DNA of 64,000 bases, taken from sequence record SRR31156797_2215; one strand, given 5' to 3'. The notes below the pieces were generated by a model. It did not search any database and was not told the DNA's origin. It saw only the letters and a program-made list of their open reading frames with translations. Position numbers and translations under genes: made by a program. Below are positions 62,293-64,000 of this stretch, piece after piece; within the stretch, counting starts at the first letter, position 1, and each line of letters begins with the position of its first letter.

Positions 62293-62334
62293 GCTTTCCT
62301 ACGAAAATTTCCCTGATGGTATTTCGTAGGAAAG
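62293..62334. other. Intergenic stem-loop between the dehydrogenase and MFS genes
   Basis: CTTTCCTACGAAA...TTTCGTAGGAAAG; no T-tract on the coding strand. Confidence 0.6.
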
Positions 62335-62351
62335 GGATACTCGGTCCCTAG

Positions 62352-63200
62352 TTAGTTTGCTCTGACAGGCAGTTCCTTGCCAGTAAACAGTTTAAAGGCG
62401 GCTTTTCCTTGTCCCACCAGCATTCCTTTTCCACCCACGGTCTTACAACCTTTTGCGCTGGCATCTTTCAATAACTGGGTCATTGGTGGGTTATAGATCG
62501 CATCAGCCACCGTCAAATCTGCATGCAGTACCTCTGTGTCTGCAATCGGTGTCGCTGTATTTCCTTCACCCATTCCAACAGTCGTTGCATTCACTAAACA
62601 ATCGGCTCCTTTTATTTTTTCAGCAAGTAACGCTTGATCCGTCAGATCATAAATATCAATTACTAGATCAGGGTAATATTCTTTAATGCGAGCAACGGTC
62701 TCTTTGCCTTTTTCATAAAACGCATCTTTGATGTTGAATATCGCAATGGAGGCTGCGCCTTCGATCGCCAATTGGACTTGGATCGCGGTGGCAGCTCCAC
62801 CAGCTCCGATCACAACAAATTTTTGATCTTTCATTTTTACATCGTGTGCTTGCAGATTATCAACAAAGCCGACACCATCGGTAATATGGCCGACGAGCTT
62901 GCCTTCATCATTGACGATGGTATTGATCGCACCAACCATTTTTGCAGCCGGCGTCAATTCATCCATGTATTCTGCCGCTGCCGTTTTGCAAGGCATCGTG
63001 ACATTTCCACTCATTTTGAAGGTTCGAAATGCCTCGATCGCCTGGGCGACTTGGTCTTCTTTAATGTCAAAAGCTAAATAAACTGCATCGATATCAAGCT
63101 GGTCAAAGCCATAATTATACATGGCTGGCGAACCAGAATGCCCAACAGGTGTACCGATCAATCCTAAGAGCTTCGTTTTTCCCGAAATTTTTTCGCTCAT
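62352..63200 (-). CDS. Shikimate/quinate dehydrogenase (AroE/YdiB family)
   Basis: GTPVGHSGSP, NVTMPCK, GAINT, TDGVG, GAGGAA, NATTVGM, IYNP. Confidence 0.93.
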   Translation of the reverse strand: MSEKISGKTKLLGLIGTPVGHSGSPAMYNYGFDQLDIDAVYLAFDIKEDQVAQAIEAFRTFKMSGNVTMPCKTAAAEYMDELTPAAKMVGAINTIVNDEGKLVGHITDGVGFVDNLQAHDVKMKDQKFVVIGAGGAATAIQVQLAIEGAASIAIFNIKDAFYEKGKETVARIKEYYPDLVIDIYDLTDQALLAEKIKGADCLVNATTVGMGEGNTATPIADTEVLHADLTVADAIYNPPMTQLLKDASAKGCKTVGGKGMLVGQGKAAFKLFTGKELPVRAN

Positions 63201-63227
63201 CGTATTTCCTCTTTTCTATTTGATTTT

Positions 63228-64000
63228 TTACGCAAGCAATTCTGGCCATGCGTTTTGGATCACTTCAATACTGGTTTTGTAATTTTGCTCTGCTGCTTTT
63301 TGATAGCCTTGACTTAAAATCGGATCAGAAATCACTTCCGTGCCTACAACACGAGGCTTGATGCCGTGAGCTTTTAGTGCCCGTAAGAAGCCTTCGGTAT
63401 CACCCCATCCTGTTCCTGGACATAAGCGATCGTGCATCGACTCATCACGTAAGATCGTATCAGGATAACGTCTTTCTAAAACATCACAAATTTGGATCGA
63501 AACAACTTTCTCCGCTGGAACCCCTTCCAAGTCAGCTGCTGTCATGTTGGCTCTCGCCCAGTGCCAAGTATCTAGGATCAGCATCCCATTTTCACAATCT
63601 GCCTCTTTGACAATATTCCATGCACTAGCTAGATCAGGAACACCGCTATAAGGCATGAATTCTAACCCAATGACTAATTCTTTTGCTCGTGTACATAGTT
63701 CTTTAAAGGCTTGGATATGAACCTCTGCTGGGTATTTTTCCATCAAGCCACAATTGATGTGCCCAACACCAAACAAACGTGCCATATGATAGATCGTTTG
63801 CTCTTTAAATTGTTGCAGCAGTGTTTCCGGTGTTTCCATCGTTTTATTTGGATCAGCCCACAAGGTGATATATTCGACCTCGGTTACTTTCATGTCATGT
63901 TCTGCAAGAATTTCAAGCATCCGCTCATCCGAATAGCCTTGCTTCACAGCAAGCATATAGGTCTCCGCACGTAAACCGATCCCGTCGTATCCTGCCTCTT
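63228..64000 (-). CDS. Sugar-phosphate isomerase/epimerase-fold protein; probable 3-dehydroshikimate dehydratase (Listeria Lmo2234/QuiC2-like); start lies outside the window
   Basis: Frame open to the window edge (EAGYDGIGLRAETY...); KVTEVEYIT, LEFMPYSG, DTWHWAR, IQICD, HDRL.PG match recalled Lmo2234 motifs. Confidence 0.82.
   Translation of the reverse strand, partial: EAGYDGIGLRAETYMLAVKQGYSDERMLEILAEHDMKVTEVEYITLWADPNKTMETPETLLQQFKEQTIYHMARLFGVGHINCGLMEKYPAEVHIQAFKELCTRAKELVIGLEFMPYSGVPDLASAWNIVKEADCENGMLILDTWHWARANMTAADLEGVPAEKVVSIQICDVLERRYPDTILRDESMHDRLCPGTGWGDTEGFLRALKAHGIKPRVVGTEVISDPILSQGYQKAAEQNYKTSIEVIQNAWPELLA

Noticed and set aside
62352-63200. Housekeeping aroE of aromatic amino acid biosynthesis
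   Set aside because: Context (dehydratase, MFS) and the NVTMPCK motif fit a YdiB/qui-type paralog, so no symbol was assigned.

Overview
Gene-dense chromosomal window from a low-GC Firmicute. Gene content and RBS/promoter style suggest Enterococcus, probably the casseliflavus/gallinarum group (inference). No rRNA, tRNA, CRISPR, IS or phage genes were seen. Blocks: (1) 1-1.3 kb, start of a nucleoside hydrolase with a LacI regulator and two operators. (2) 1.4-33.5 kb, a large plant-hemicellulose locus: GH29, GH31, two GH43, two GH1, two esterases, two sugar ABC importers, a split YesM/YesN two-component system, a bglG-PTS-GH1 cassette with two RAT attenuators, and xylB-xylA/xylR with four shared boxes. 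(3) 33.8-44.1 kb, a mannose-family PTS gluconate-type operon (gnd, uxuA, eda, RpiR) carrying an extra M28-like pseudo-peptidase. (4) 44.3-52.5 kb, envelope and accessory genes, including an ABC-2 exporter with an attenuator-like leader. (5) 52.7-64 kb, a quinate/shikimate (qui)-type cluster: dehydroshikimate dehydratase, shikimate/quinate dehydrogenase, MFS, an orphan transporter/hydantoinase-A/HExxH trio, an SDR and a 971-aa OYE-FMN-FAD reductase with a non-fumarate active site. Block 5 is the best candidate for an undescribed system. All family calls are from motif recognition and recall, not database searches.
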